Shown: positions 53,264-63,495, numbered from the stretch's first letter. The stretch is 64,000 bases of DNA from Acidimicrobiaceae bacterium (GCA_028819005.1 JAPPMP010000033.1:14273-78272); one strand, 5' to 3'. Numbers and translations: made by a program. Notes: generated from the sequence alone by a model not told the origin.

Positions 53264-54628
53264 ATGTCAGACGATTCGGTCCAACATCTGCCGCCGAGAC
53301 GGCGAAGTCGAGAGTTTCGATTCGTTGAAGCCCTCGGCCGTCCGTTGCGCAAGTTCCTGCGGATCCAGGCGGCGGGTGGCATCCTGCTGCTGGCTGCCAC
53401 GCTCAGCGCTCTGATCTGGGCCAATTCGGCCTACAGCGACGTCTACCACGAGATTCTTGAGACCGACATCAAGATAGAGATCGGCTCCCATGAGCTTTTG
53501 GACCTGTCGCTGGAAGCTTGGATCAACGACGCCTTGATGGCGATCTTCTTCTTCGTCGTCGGACTTGAGATCAAGCGGGAGTTCGTGGTCGGCACACTCC
53601 GGGACCCCCGTGCGGCTGCTCTTCCGGCGATCGCCGCGATAGGGGGGATGGTCGTTCCAGCCGGGTTCTACTTCTTCTTCAACCCCAGCGGCATGGGTGC
53701 AGACGGTTGGGGCATTCCCATGGCCACCGATATTGCTTTTGCCATCGGTGTGGTGTCGTTGCTCGGCAACCGTGTGCCGAGCGCGATGAAGGTGTTCTTG
53801 TTGACCCTTGCCATCGTCGACGATATCGGCGCGATCGCGGTCATTGCGATCTTCTATACGAGCAACCTTTACGTCGACTGGCTGCTCGCTTCGGTGGCCG
53901 CCGTCTTTGTGGTGATCGGCATGCGCAGAGCCGGGATTGCGTGGACTCCCGCGTATGTGGTCGTGGGGTTCTTCATGTGGTTCGCGGTGCATGAATCAGG
54001 GGTGCATGCCACGATTGCCGGGGTGATTCTGGGCCTGCTTGCGCCCGCCCGCCCGTTGAACGAGGTGCAACCCGACGAAGAGCCGGTTCTCAGCGCGTTG
54101 CGCGGAAATGCGAACGCCATGGTCGTCCGCCGTGCGAACTTCGAGTTGAAAGACCAAGTATCGGTGGTTGAACGGCTTGAAGACCTGCTCCATCCAGTGT
54201 CGAGTTTCCTGATCATCCCGATCTTCGCTCTGGCCAACGCCGGGATCGAGCTGTCGACCGAGACAATCTCCGACGCCGCAACCAGTCCGATCACGATCGG
54301 GATCGCCGTCGGTCTGGTTTTCGGCAAGCTCATCGGGGTCACCCTCGCGACCTGGCTCGGCGTGAAGTCGGGGCTGACCTCGCTGCCTCCGTCGGCCACC
54401 TGGACCCATGTCATCGGGCTGGCGGCCACAGCAGGCATCGGTTTCACAGTGTCGTTGTTCATTGCCGGTCTGGCGTTCTCGGATCCGCTGTTGACCGAGG
54501 CGAAGATCGGGATAGTCGGCGCGTCCCTGGTCGCCGCGGTGATCGGATCGTCGATTCTGTTGCGGGCGAAAGAAGTCGAAGAGATCGAGACGGACGACCC
54601 GATGTTGGTGGGAACCTCCAGCCCCTAG
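53264..54628 (+). CDS. nhaA: Na+/H+ antiporter NhaA
   Basis: WINDALMAIFFFVVGLEIKRE and ATDIAFA. Confidence 0.9.
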   Translation: MSDDSVQHLPPRRRSREFRFVEALGRPLRKFLRIQAAGGILLLAATLSALIWANSAYSDVYHEILETDIKIEIGSHELLDLSLEAWINDALMAIFFFVVGLEIKREFVVGTLRDPRAAALPAIAAIGGMVVPAGFYFFFNPSGMGADGWGIPMATDIAFAIGVVSLLGNRVPSAMKVFLLTLAIVDDIGAIAVIAIFYTSNLYVDWLLASVAAVFVVIGMRRAGIAWTPAYVVVGFFMWFAVHESGVHATIAGVILGLLAPARPLNEVQPDEEPVLSALRGNANAMVVRRANFELKDQVSVVERLEDLLHPVSSFLIIPIFALANAGIELSTETISDAATSPITIGIAVGLVFGKLIGVTLATWLGVKSGLTSLPPSATWTHVIGLAATAGIGFTVSLFIAGLAFSDPLLTEAKIGIVGASLVAAVIGSSILLRAKEVEEIETDDPMLVGTSSP

Positions 54629-54688
54629 TGTTGCTTGACTACATTCGACGGCTACATTGCCCGACACTATTTCTAACGTTTGGATTGA

Positions 54689-57397
54689 TTGCTCCCTGTG
54701 ACAAACGCTCTGGTCATTGTCGAATCGCCTGCCAAGGCGAAGAAGATCGCGGAGTTTCTCGGCGCGGGTTACACCGTTGAGTCGTCGATCGGGCACATCC
54801 GCGACCTGCCGCGCAATGCCGCAGAGGTGCCCAAGGCCTACAAGAGCGAGCCGTGGGCGCGCACCGGGATCAATGTCGACGACGGGTTCAAACCGCTGTA
54901 TGTGGAGAACGCGGACAAGAGAGCGCACATTCGACTGTTGAAGCAGTTGGTCAAGGACAGCGACGAGTTGTATCTGGCAACCGATGAGGATCGGGAGGGT
55001 GAAGCGATCGCCTGGCATCTCATCGAGGTGCTCAACCCTCAGATACCGGTGAAGCGGATGGTGTTTCACGAGATCACCCCGGCGGCGATAGCGGCCGCTG
55101 TCAACTCTCCTAGGGAACTCGACCGCAAAATGGTCGACGCTCAGGAGGCCCGGCGCATCCTCGACCGGCTCTACGGGTATGAAGTGTCCCCAGTGCTCTG
55201 GAAGAAAGTGCTGCCCCAGCTGTCGGCGGGACGGGTCCAGAGCGTGGCGACACGGATCGTGGTCCAGCGTGAACGCGAGCGGATGGAGTTTCGGTCTGCG
55301 AACTACTGGAGCGTGAGCGGTGTGTTCGCCGCCGTTTCGGGCGACGCCCGCGAGTTCTCGGCTTCGCTCGCGTCGGTCGACGGAGTGAAACTGGCCACCG
55401 GTCGAGACTTCGGCGACGACGGCCGTCCTGCCCGTGAGGACGTGACGGTGCTCGACGAATCCGCCGCAGCGAAGCTCGTCGGCGAGTTGGAAGGAGTCGA
55501 CTACGAGGTTCGGTCCCGTGAGGCCAAGCCCTATCGCCGGCGCCCCGCCGCACCGTTCATCACCTCCACGTATCAACAGGAAGCGGGTCGCAAGCTCAAG
55601 ATGTCGGCCCAGATGGCGATGCGCGCAGCACAGGGACTGTACGAGAAGGGCTATATCACCTATATGCGAACGGACAGCACGACGCTGTCCGAGACTGCAC
55701 TGCAGGCGGCCCGTGCCACCATCAAGAACCGTTACGGCGCCCAATATCTGCCCGACTCGCCGAGGCGCTACACCAAGAAGTCGAAGAACGCCCAGGAGGC
55801 TCACGAAGCGATCCGGCCCGCCGGCGAATCGTTCCGCTCGCCCGCCGAGGTCGCCTCGGAGGTGCCCAGTTCCGAGGCACGGGCCTATGAACTGATCTGG
55901 AAGAGGACCCTTGCGTCGCAGATGACCGACTGCACCGGAGAGACCGTGCAGCTTCGACTCGGCGCAACTAGCCGCACGGGTGCCGATGTGGTGTTCAGCG
56001 CCAGCGGCACGGTGATTTCGCACCGTGGATTCCGCGAGGTGTACGAGGAAACCTCCGATGGGACCGGCGACGAGAACGAGGAACGGCGCCTGCCTTCGAT
56101 CAACGAGGGGGACGAAGTTCGCGCGAACGGTCCGCTGGAACCTGAGGGCCACGAAACCACGCCACCGGCGCGTTATACGGAAGCTTCGCTGGTCAAGCGG
56201 CTTGAAGAGCTCGGTGTCGGGCGTCCTTCCACATATGCGTCGATCATCAGCACGATCCTGGACCGTGGCTACGTCTGGAAGAAGGGCTCGGCTCTGATCC
56301 CCTCCTTCACAGCGTTCGCGGTCGTCAACCTGATGGAGAGGCACTTCCCGAACCTGGTCGATTATCGGTTCACCGCCCAGATGGAGGACGATCTCGACAA
56401 GATCGCCCGCGGCGCCGAAGAGTCCCAGCCTTGGTTGACGCGTTTCTACTTCGGCGGAGGTGAAGGAGCCGAGCCTGGTCTGAAGGAGAAGGTGTCGACC
56501 CGCCTAGCCGATATCGACGCCAGATCGATCAACACGGTTCCGTTGGGCATGAGCGACGACGGCCAGCCGATCGTCGTGCGGGTCGGCCGTTACGGACCTT
56601 ACGTGCAACGCGGGGAATCCGATGAGAATGGCAGCAGCAACGGCACCAACACCGCGTCGATCCCGGACGATCTGCCGCCTGACGAGCTGACCTTGGAGAG
56701 AGCGCTCGAGTATCTCGAAATGCCCAAGGCGGGACGCGTGCTCGGAACCGATCCGGACAGCGGCATGAACATCTATGCCAAAGCCGGCCGTTTCGGGCCG
56801 TACGTGCAGGTCGGCACCAACGACGAGCAGGAGGAGAAGCCTAAATCGGCTTCGTTGTTCGCGACGATGACCCTTGAGCGGGTCACGCTGGAGGATGCAC
56901 TTCAACTCTTGTCTCTGCCCCGCACCGTCGGGACCGATCCAGCAGACGGAGAGGTCATTTCGGCCCAGAACGGGCGCTATGGACCGTATGTGAGCAAGGG
57001 CTCCGAGAGCCGCAGCCTCGACGCCGAGGAACAGATCTTCACCATCACGCTCGAGCAGTGTTTGGCGCTGCTCGCCCAACCCAAGCGTCGGCGTGGTCAG
57101 GCCCCCAAACCGCCGCTGCGCGAGATGGGCGAAGATCCAGACACCGGAAAGGCCATGGTCGTGAAGGACGGTCGTTTCGGCCCCTACGTCACCGACGGCG
57201 AATACAACGCGTCTCTCCGCAAGGGCGACACCGTGGAGGAATTGAGCGTTGAGCGGGCCGCTGAACTGCTGGCCGAAAGACGGCTGAAGGGCCCTGCCAA
57301 GAAGCCCGTGAAACGCGCCGGCGCCAAGAAGAAAGCCAAGAAGAAGGCGACGAAGAAAGCCGCTAAGAAAACTGTCAAGAAGCGATCAGCGTCCTGA
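54689..57397 (+). CDS. topA: DNA topoisomerase I
   Basis: The sequence contains a TOPRIM domain (LVIVESPAKAKKI, ATDEDREGEAI), the active-site segment YITYMRTDS, repeated GRYGPYV elements and a Lys-rich tail. The start is TTG 54689 or GTG 54698. Confidence 0.95.
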   Translation: MLPVTNALVIVESPAKAKKIAEFLGAGYTVESSIGHIRDLPRNAAEVPKAYKSEPWARTGINVDDGFKPLYVENADKRAHIRLLKQLVKDSDELYLATDEDREGEAIAWHLIEVLNPQIPVKRMVFHEITPAAIAAAVNSPRELDRKMVDAQEARRILDRLYGYEVSPVLWKKVLPQLSAGRVQSVATRIVVQRERERMEFRSANYWSVSGVFAAVSGDAREFSASLASVDGVKLATGRDFGDDGRPAREDVTVLDESAAAKLVGELEGVDYEVRSREAKPYRRRPAAPFITSTYQQEAGRKLKMSAQMAMRAAQGLYEKGYITYMRTDSTTLSETALQAARATIKNRYGAQYLPDSPRRYTKKSKNAQEAHEAIRPAGESFRSPAEVASEVPSSEARAYELIWKRTLASQMTDCTGETVQLRLGATSRTGADVVFSASGTVISHRGFREVYEETSDGTGDENEERRLPSINEGDEVRANGPLEPEGHETTPPARYTEASLVKRLEELGVGRPSTYASIISTILDRGYVWKKGSALIPSFTAFAVVNLMERHFPNLVDYRFTAQMEDDLDKIARGAEESQPWLTRFYFGGGEGAEPGLKEKVSTRLADIDARSINTVPLGMSDDGQPIVVRVGRYGPYVQRGESDENGSSNGTNTASIPDDLPPDELTLERALEYLEMPKAGRVLGTDPDSGMNIYAKAGRFGPYVQVGTNDEQEEKPKSASLFATMTLERVTLEDALQLLSLPRTVGTDPADGEVISAQNGRYGPYVSKGSESRSLDAEEQIFTITLEQCLALLAQPKRRRGQAPKPPLREMGEDPDTGKAMVVKDGRFGPYVTDGEYNASLRKGDTVEELSVERAAELLAERRLKGPAKKPVKRAGAKKKAKKKATKKAAKKTVKKRSAS

Positions 57398-57438
57398 TCC
57401 AAGTTCGGCACAGCTTGATAACCGTCTAGTCTCGCACC

Positions 57439-58875
57439 GTGGACCAACATCGCCATTCGAGCAGCGCCACCCGTTTGGGGGAGGCTCTGACGGCGGCCCG
57501 CCAAAGGGGCCGCATCGAGGCGATGTTCGGTTCCAGAGAGTTCTTCAGGCTCTGGATTGCTCAGGTCATCTCCGCAACCGGTGACTGGCTGGGTTTGATT
57601 GCCATCATCTCGCTGGCCGACCGACTCAGCGACGGGTCTGAGGGTACGGCTATCGCTCTGGTGCTCGCAGCCCGCATCGCACCCGGGTTCTTCCTCGCGA
57701 CCGCGGCCGGGGTGCTTGTGGACCGGCTCGACCGAAAACGGGTGATGCTGGTCTGTGACGTCTCCCGGGCGCTGGTGCTGTTCTCGCTGCCGTTCGTGGA
57801 CAGTCTGCTGGGCCTGATCATTGCATCGTTCGCTTTGGAGATATGCACGATGATGTGGTCGCCGGCCAAGGAGGCGGTGGTCCCCAATATTGTCCCGACC
57901 GAGAAGCTCACCACCGCCAACTCCCTGAACGTAGCGGCTGCTTACGGCATGTTCCCTGTCGCCGCGGGTATCGCTGCCCTGCTGGCCAAACTCGCCGAGT
58001 CCTTCAGCGACGAAGGCTGGGTCAACACATTCCGGCTGAATCAGGAGGGCCTGGCTTTCTATGTCGACGGGCTCTCGTTCTTGACCACCGCGTTGATTGT
58101 CTGGACGATCGCCTTCCCGCGCCGCAGCCGGGAGGAACGAAAATCGACTGGCAAAACCGATTGGGAGCTGGGTGGCGCGATCCGCGAGTTGCGGGAAGGG
58201 TGGCAGTTCATCGCGGTCAACCCCATCGTGCGGGCCGTCAACGTGGGTTTGGCGGTCGGGGTGATCGGCGGGGGGATGCTGGTGCCGCTCGGCGCGCTGT
58301 TCGTCAACGACGTCATTTCCGGTGATGAAGCGGACTTCGACCTCCTTCTCTTCGCCCTCGGGCTGGGTATGGCGCTTGGTGTGATAACCGCCTCGGCGAT
58401 GCAGAACCGCATCAATCGTTCGAAGGTCTTTCCGCTGGCCCTGTTCATGGCGGGCAGCGCCCTGTTGGTCTCGGGTTCGTCCTCGCTGCTCGGAATTGTG
58501 GTGCCGGTGATCGGGATGGCGGGGTTTGCTGCAGGACCGATCTACGTCTTGGGCTTCACGCTGTTGCACGAGCATGTCGAAGACGAGTTGCGGGGCCGTA
58601 TCTTTGCCGCGCTCTTGGTGTTGGTCCGCTTCTGTCTGCTGCTGGCGCTCGCAGTCGCGCCTTTGCTGGCAGAAGCCTTCGGTGCTCTTTCGGAACGTTG
58701 GTGGGGCTCCGATTGGGACTTCTTCGGCGTGACCGTCGCGGTGCCCGGCGTTCGCCTGACTATGTGGCTTTCAGCGATCACGGTCCTGTCTGCCGGTGTG
58801 CTTGCGACTTGGAGCCTCCGCGGCAAGGGGATCCAAGCTGTTGAACAGACCGAAACGCAAGGAGAGAACGGGTGA
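57439..58875 (+). CDS. MFS transporter
   Basis: It has twelve or more hydrophobic segments and a DRLDRKRVM loop motif. The start may be ATG 57523. Confidence 0.85.
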   Translation: MDQHRHSSSATRLGEALTAARQRGRIEAMFGSREFFRLWIAQVISATGDWLGLIAIISLADRLSDGSEGTAIALVLAARIAPGFFLATAAGVLVDRLDRKRVMLVCDVSRALVLFSLPFVDSLLGLIIASFALEICTMMWSPAKEAVVPNIVPTEKLTTANSLNVAAAYGMFPVAAGIAALLAKLAESFSDEGWVNTFRLNQEGLAFYVDGLSFLTTALIVWTIAFPRRSREERKSTGKTDWELGGAIRELREGWQFIAVNPIVRAVNVGLAVGVIGGGMLVPLGALFVNDVISGDEADFDLLLFALGLGMALGVITASAMQNRINRSKVFPLALFMAGSALLVSGSSSLLGIVVPVIGMAGFAAGPIYVLGFTLLHEHVEDELRGRIFAALLVLVRFCLLLALAVAPLLAEAFGALSERWWGSDWDFFGVTVAVPGVRLTMWLSAITVLSAGVLATWSLRGKGIQAVEQTETQGENG

Positions 58876-59555
58876 CCGGGCGTTTGATCGTGTTTGAGGG
58901 AATTGACGGTTCGGGGAAGTCGACGCAGGTTCGCAGGCTCGGCGAACGATCAGATTTTGACGTCAAACAACCCGGGCAACTTTTTCTGGACTACAAGCAC
59001 GAGCGCGTTCGAGGGCTTGCAAAGGACCTTGATTTCGACGCCACGTTCCAGTTCGGGGCGACTGGCGTGGGCGAAGCGATCCGTTCGATTCTTCTGGATC
59101 CCGACAACGGTCAACTCGATGATCGAACAGAAGCCCTGCTGATCATCGCCGACAAGGCGCAGCATGTGAGCGAGAAGGTGAGACCCGCTTTGGAGGCCGG
59201 TCGCACAGTGGTTTCCGACCGGTACTGTGCATCGACTCTTGCGTACCAGGGGTACGGACGCGGATTGGACTTGGGACTACTTGCTGAGATCATGCGTTTC
59301 GCAACAGGAGGCTTGGAACCGGAGCTCACGGTGCTGCTCGATATCGATGTTGAGACAGCGATGGAGCGGCTCGGCGACCAAAAAGACCGCATTGAAGGTG
59401 CAGGAACAGGATTCTACCAACGGGTCCGCGACGGGTACCTCGCACTCGCCAAGCAGTCACCCGATTCGTGGGCTGTAATCGATGCGACCGCGACCGTCGA
59501 TGAGGTAACCGCTCAGGTTGAAGACGTTGTCGACAACTGGCTCCGAAACCCATGA
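58872..59555 (+). CDS. tmk: dTMP (thymidylate) kinase
   Basis: FEGIDGSGKST P-loop and DRYCASTLAYQG. GTGA overlap with the MFS gene. Confidence 0.9.
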   Translation: MTGRLIVFEGIDGSGKSTQVRRLGERSDFDVKQPGQLFLDYKHERVRGLAKDLDFDATFQFGATGVGEAIRSILLDPDNGQLDDRTEALLIIADKAQHVSEKVRPALEAGRTVVSDRYCASTLAYQGYGRGLDLGLLAEIMRFATGGLEPELTVLLDIDVETAMERLGDQKDRIEGAGTGFYQRVRDGYLALAKQSPDSWAVIDATATVDEVTAQVEDVVDNWLRNP

Positions 59556-60634
59556 CTTCTGAGGTGTGGGAACCGCTGGTCGGCCAGCCGGAGGCCGCGC
59601 GCCGTCTCAGTGCAGCGGTGTCGTCACCGGTGCATGCCTACCTGTTCGTCGGGCCCCGAGGCGTCGGCAAGCGCCAGGCTGCGCAGATCTTCGCCGGCGA
59701 GCTGCTGGCCGACGCCGATCCGAGCAGAGCGAGCCACCACCGGCGTTCGGCGGAGCTGACTCATGCCGACATTGTGGTCTTCGCGCCTGCGGGCAACAAT
59801 CTGCGCCTCGGCTCGCGCAGCGACCCGGGCGAGATCCCTGCGATCATCAGCGAGGCGACCCGGTCACCCACAGAGGCAAGCCGCAAAGTGGTGATTGTCG
59901 AGGACTTTCAGTCCGCTGACGCCCCGGCGTCCTCGGCTCTGTTGAAACTCGTGGAAGAACCGCCGGAAACCACGATCTTCGTGCTGTTGGCCAACGATGT
60001 GCCACCTCATCAAGCGACGATCGAATCCCGCTGCCTGCGGGTCGATTTTCTGCCTGTCAGCGCCGAGGCCATCGCCGCGGTCCTCGTGGCCGAAGAACTG
60101 ATTGACGCTGAGGGCGCGCAGGTCGTGGCGGCGGCGGCCAACGGCAGCGTGGAGCGGGCCCGTCTGCTGGTGTTGGACGAACGCCTGGCTTTGCGGCGAG
60201 ACGCCTGGTGGTCGATCCCTGACCGTCTCAACGGCACTGGCGCCTCGGTGGCGGAGGCGGTGGAGGAACTCAGAGGCCTGATCGACGATGCCTCGGAGGT
60301 CAAGGTCGCTCAGCATCAACGAGAGCTCGAAGAGCTGAACCGGAGCGAAGAACAACTCGGCGCCCGCGGTTCGGGCAGACGCACCCTCGAGGCCCGCCAG
60401 CGGCGCGAGCTTCGCCAGTTCCGCACCGAAGAGCTGCGGTTCGGGTTCGCCACGCTCGCGGCCCGCTACCGCGAGATGGTCGTTGCCTCGGCGGGTGGTG
60501 ATGCCGCGCTCGACGCGGTCGACCACCTCAACCACAGCACCGATGCGCTGGTCCGCAATCCTAATGAAGCCCTGCTGCTGCAAGCGCTGCTGCTGAAACT
60601 GTCACCGGTCGACCAACCGATCTTCGCTCGGTAA
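59552..60634 (+). CDS. holB: DNA polymerase III delta' subunit
   Basis: HAYLFVGPRGVGK, LLKLVEEPP and its position after tmk. Confidence 0.85.
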   Translation: MTSEVWEPLVGQPEAARRLSAAVSSPVHAYLFVGPRGVGKRQAAQIFAGELLADADPSRASHHRRSAELTHADIVVFAPAGNNLRLGSRSDPGEIPAIISEATRSPTEASRKVVIVEDFQSADAPASSALLKLVEEPPETTIFVLLANDVPPHQATIESRCLRVDFLPVSAEAIAAVLVAEELIDAEGAQVVAAAANGSVERARLLVLDERLALRRDAWWSIPDRLNGTGASVAEAVEELRGLIDDASEVKVAQHQRELEELNRSEEQLGARGSGRRTLEARQRRELRQFRTEELRFGFATLAARYREMVVASAGGDAALDAVDHLNHSTDALVRNPNEALLLQALLLKLSPVDQPIFAR

Positions 60635-60677
60635 CGCCGTGGATCCGCTGCGGTAGATTGGTACCTTTCGGTGTCTT

Positions 60678-60750
60678 GCCCGAGTAGCTCAGTCGGTAGA
60701 GCAACGCTCTCGTAAAGCGTAGGTCAGGAGTTCAAATCTCCTCTCGGGCT
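60678..60750 (+). tRNA. tRNA-Thr (anticodon CGT)
   Basis: The 73-nt cloverleaf was folded by hand. Acceptor GCCCGAG/CTCGGGC, anticodon loop CTCGTAA, T-loop GTTCAAAT. Confidence 0.9.
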
Positions 60751-60936
60751 CGTTTTTCAACCAGCGCACGAGCTTTGGCCTTACACTGACAGGCATGACA
60801 CTCGCAGTTGTTTGGCACTTCTGGATCGCAGTTCCTCTTGCTTTCGGAGCCGTCGTGGCCGTGATTGCGACGGTTGTGGGCTACCTCAACAAGGTCACCT
60901 CCACCCGTTACCCCCGAGACTGAACCGGGCTGCTGA

Positions 60937-62010
60937 GTGTCGAAGGATCCTGTCGACTGGGACATCGCCAAGAATGTCGCATACAGGACAGCGGGCCGCG
61001 ACCCCTACCAGGCGTCCTATTATCGCAGCGGCCTCGAGGAGGACTTCGACCGGTGCACGGCGCAAGCCGAGGAACTCGTTGCAGAGTGCACCGGGCTGCG
61101 TTCGCTCAGTGGCAGTGCCCGTGGTCGGGTAACGGACCGCAAAGGTTGGATCGATGCCAACCTGGCCTCGTTTCAACGGCTTCTGCGACCGATTGTCACC
61201 AAGCTCGGCGACCAGATCGATGACGGCGCGATGCGGGGGATGGGGGGCAAGATCGCCGGCGCCGAACTGGGTGCGATGCTCGGCTGGATGTCCAAGCGGG
61301 TGCTCGGCCAGTACGACCTGTTGGTGATCGAGGACGAGAGCCCTGAAGAGCAGGACATCGTCTATTACGTGGCGCCCAACGTGCTGGCCCTTGAACGTCG
61401 CTATGCCTTCCCGCCCCAGGAATTCCGGCTGTGGCTGGCGCTGCATGAGGTCACCCACAGGGCGCAGTTCACGGGCGTGCCCTGGATGCGGCAGCATTTC
61501 CTGGGGCTTGTCGAGTCGACGATGGATGGACTTGATCCCGATCCGAAGCGGGTCGTCGAAGCGGTCTCCCGGCTGATCGAAGCCCGTCGACGCGGTGAGG
61601 ACATAATGGGTCAGGGAGGGGTCATGGGCCTGTTCGCCTCGGAACAACAACTCGTTGTCATCAACGAAGTTGCAGGCCTGATGAGCCTCCTCGAAGGTCA
61701 CGGCGACGTCACCATGGATCGAGCGGGCATGGGTCTGGTTCCCTCGGCGCTCCGCTTCGCTCGTGTGCTTCGCAACCGTCGCCAGAACGTTCGCGGCTTC
61801 GCCAGGGTCTTTCAGAAACTCTCGGGGCTTGAAGCGAAGATGAAACAGTACGCCGAAGGCGAGCACTTCATCGCGGTGGTGGAGGATCACGGCGGCGCCG
61901 AACTGCTCGACAGGGTCTGGGCTGAGCCGGCCAATGTCCCCTCGATCAAAGAGATTCGGCAACCGGAACTGTGGATCGCTCGGGTTTCTGCTGCCGACGT
62001 TGCGGCTTGA
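60937..62010 (+). CDS. zinc-dependent metalloprotease (DUF2342-type)
   Basis: LALHEVTHRAQF HExxH motif. The length and N-terminal segment (VDWDIA) fit the family. Confidence 0.8.
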   Translation: MSKDPVDWDIAKNVAYRTAGRDPYQASYYRSGLEEDFDRCTAQAEELVAECTGLRSLSGSARGRVTDRKGWIDANLASFQRLLRPIVTKLGDQIDDGAMRGMGGKIAGAELGAMLGWMSKRVLGQYDLLVIEDESPEEQDIVYYVAPNVLALERRYAFPPQEFRLWLALHEVTHRAQFTGVPWMRQHFLGLVESTMDGLDPDPKRVVEAVSRLIEARRRGEDIMGQGGVMGLFASEQQLVVINEVAGLMSLLEGHGDVTMDRAGMGLVPSALRFARVLRNRRQNVRGFARVFQKLSGLEAKMKQYAEGEHFIAVVEDHGGAELLDRVWAEPANVPSIKEIRQPELWIARVSAADVAA

Positions 62011-62013
62011 GCG

Positions 62014-62961
62014 ATGGACGCCGCTGAACTGCTGGCTCGCTGTGACTTCGGCGATGACGACGAACTTGCGCTCGGCGTAAGCGGAGGCGCTGACAGCACG
62101 GCGATGGCTCTGCTGGCGGCCGAAGCCGGCAGGTCGTTCAGGATCTGGCATGTTCATCACGGCCTGCGGGACGCTTCTGACGCTGAGGTCGAGCTGGTCG
62201 CGAAGCTGGCGTCGTCTCTTGGCATGCCCTTCGAGCTGCGACGGCTCGAGTTGACCGACGGACCGGATCTTGAGGCGACCGCGCGTGAGGCTCGTTACGC
62301 CGTGTTGCCACCTGATGTGTGCGTGGCGCACACAGCCGACGACCGTGCCGAGACGGTCCTGTTCAATCTGTTGCGCGGCGCTGGTTTGGCGGGTGTGGCT
62401 GCGCCATTCGCCAGGGTGCGCCGCCCGATCATCGGTTTGCGTCGTGCCGAAACCCGCGCTTTGTGCGAGTTCACGGGCGTTGCGGTGGTTGACGACCCGA
62501 TGAACGACGATCCCCGCTTCGCGCGGGTGGTGGTGCGCAAGCAGCTGTTGCCGGCCGCTGCGAATGCTCTGGGACGCGACCCGGTTCCCTTGCTGAACCG
62601 CCATGCCGACCTTGTCGCGGACGCGCTCATTGTCATTCAGGATGCCGCTGCCGCGCTCGACGCAACCGATACCGCAGCTTTGCGAGCCGCTCCCCGGGCT
62701 GTGGCCTCAGAGGCGTTGCGTCAGTGGCTGATGGCTGAGACGGGCAACCGTCTGGCGGTTGACGCGGCTTCGATCAGTCGGGTCATGGATGTAGTGGTCG
62801 GAACAGCGCGAGCCACCGAAGTCGAAGGCGGCTTTCGAGTTGCCCGCACCGCCGGCCGCCTGCGTGCAGAGCCCCCACCAGGGGGGAACGAGGTGGTCGC
62901 CTCCCGCGGCTATCGCGCCGGCTATCATGTCGCGGAGCCGCCACCAGGGGGGAACGAGTAA
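62014..62961 (+). CDS. tilS: tRNA(Ile)-lysidine synthase
   Basis: The PP-loop GVSGGADS and the position upstream of hpt fit TilS. The C-terminal tail is repeat-encoded. Confidence 0.85.
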   Translation: MDAAELLARCDFGDDDELALGVSGGADSTAMALLAAEAGRSFRIWHVHHGLRDASDAEVELVAKLASSLGMPFELRRLELTDGPDLEATAREARYAVLPPDVCVAHTADDRAETVLFNLLRGAGLAGVAAPFARVRRPIIGLRRAETRALCEFTGVAVVDDPMNDDPRFARVVVRKQLLPAAANALGRDPVPLLNRHADLVADALIVIQDAAAALDATDTAALRAAPRAVASEALRQWLMAETGNRLAVDAASISRVMDVVVGTARATEVEGGFRVARTAGRLRAEPPPGGNEVVASRGYRAGYHVAEPPPGGNE

Positions 62962-62988
62962 CCGTTCTGGTTCGGCTCACGCGCCTGG

Positions 62989-63324
62989 CTACGCGGCGGG
63001 ATTCGGTTGGAAACCGATTTCCAGTCGTCCTTCGATGCGGGCCAGTCGTTCCCGAGCGTCAGCGAGACTCCTGTTCATCTCCGCAAGGCTTCCGGTCATC
63101 TCCGCGTGGTTCTTCTCGGTGACACGGCGCTGGTCCACGATTGCCTCGTGCAGATTCTGGTGGCTGGCTTCGAGGATCGTGGTCCGGGTTGCGAGCTCAC
63201 GGACCGCGTTGCTGTTCTCGTCGAGTTTGTCGCGGGTCTTGGCAGCCTCGCGGCGCTGGTCGAATGCACTGGCGAGGACAGCCGCGAACAATGCCGCGAC
63301 CATCGTCAACACAGCAGCATCCAT
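62989..63324 (-). CDS. hypothetical membrane-anchored coiled-coil protein
   Basis: 111 aa with an N-terminal hydrophobic helix followed by charged heptad-like sequence. It is wedged antisense between tilS and hpt. Confidence 0.5.
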   Translation of the reverse strand: MDAAVLTMVAALFAAVLASAFDQRREAAKTRDKLDENSNAVRELATRTTILEASHQNLHEAIVDQRRVTEKNHAEMTGSLAEMNRSLADARERLARIEGRLEIGFQPNPAA

Positions 63325-63444
63325 AGACCGCAGTCTAGTCGCACCCTCCCTCCGGGCGCAACTGTAAATACATAGAAAATAATGAAAGCTCTGATATGGT
63401 TGCTCTGGTCATGCTCTTTGCTCAGATTTGTCATGGTTTGCGAA

Positions 63445-63458
63445 CAACAAATTTGTTG
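63445..63458. promoter_or_regulatory. 14-bp perfect palindrome CAACAAATTTGTTG in an AT-rich gap
   Basis: Read directly. It lies between the divergent starts at 63324 and 63496. Confidence 0.3.
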
Positions 63459-63495
63459 GCGTTTGACTTCGGCCTCCGCGTAGGGTTAACCGGCA

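Noticed and set aside
53996-56344. 782-aa ORF antisense to topA, with similar long shadow ORFs at 1823..3106, 60895..62604, 57184..58575 and 17022..17648
   Set aside because: They lie opposite genes with unambiguous family motifs and their translations are Arg/Pro/Gly-rich low-complexity sequence. Such stop-free antisense frames are expected in high-G+C DNA.
58950-59050. Local G+C dip and extra roughly 20 aa in tmk between the P-loop helix and the nucleotide-binding loop
   Set aside because: The reading frame is intact and this region is variable among thymidylate kinases. It is probably a lineage-specific loop rather than an insertion element.
60732-60971. 79-aa minus-strand ORF overlapping tRNA-Thr, and a 42-aa plus-strand hydrophobic ORF at 60795..60923
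   Set aside because: The minus-strand ORF overlaps the tRNA and has no protein-like features. The 42-aa ORF (MTLAVVWHFWIAVPLAFGAVVAVIATVVGYLNK…) is plausible as a small membrane protein. It has no clear ribosome-binding site and only about 67% third-position G/C in my count, so I did not call it.
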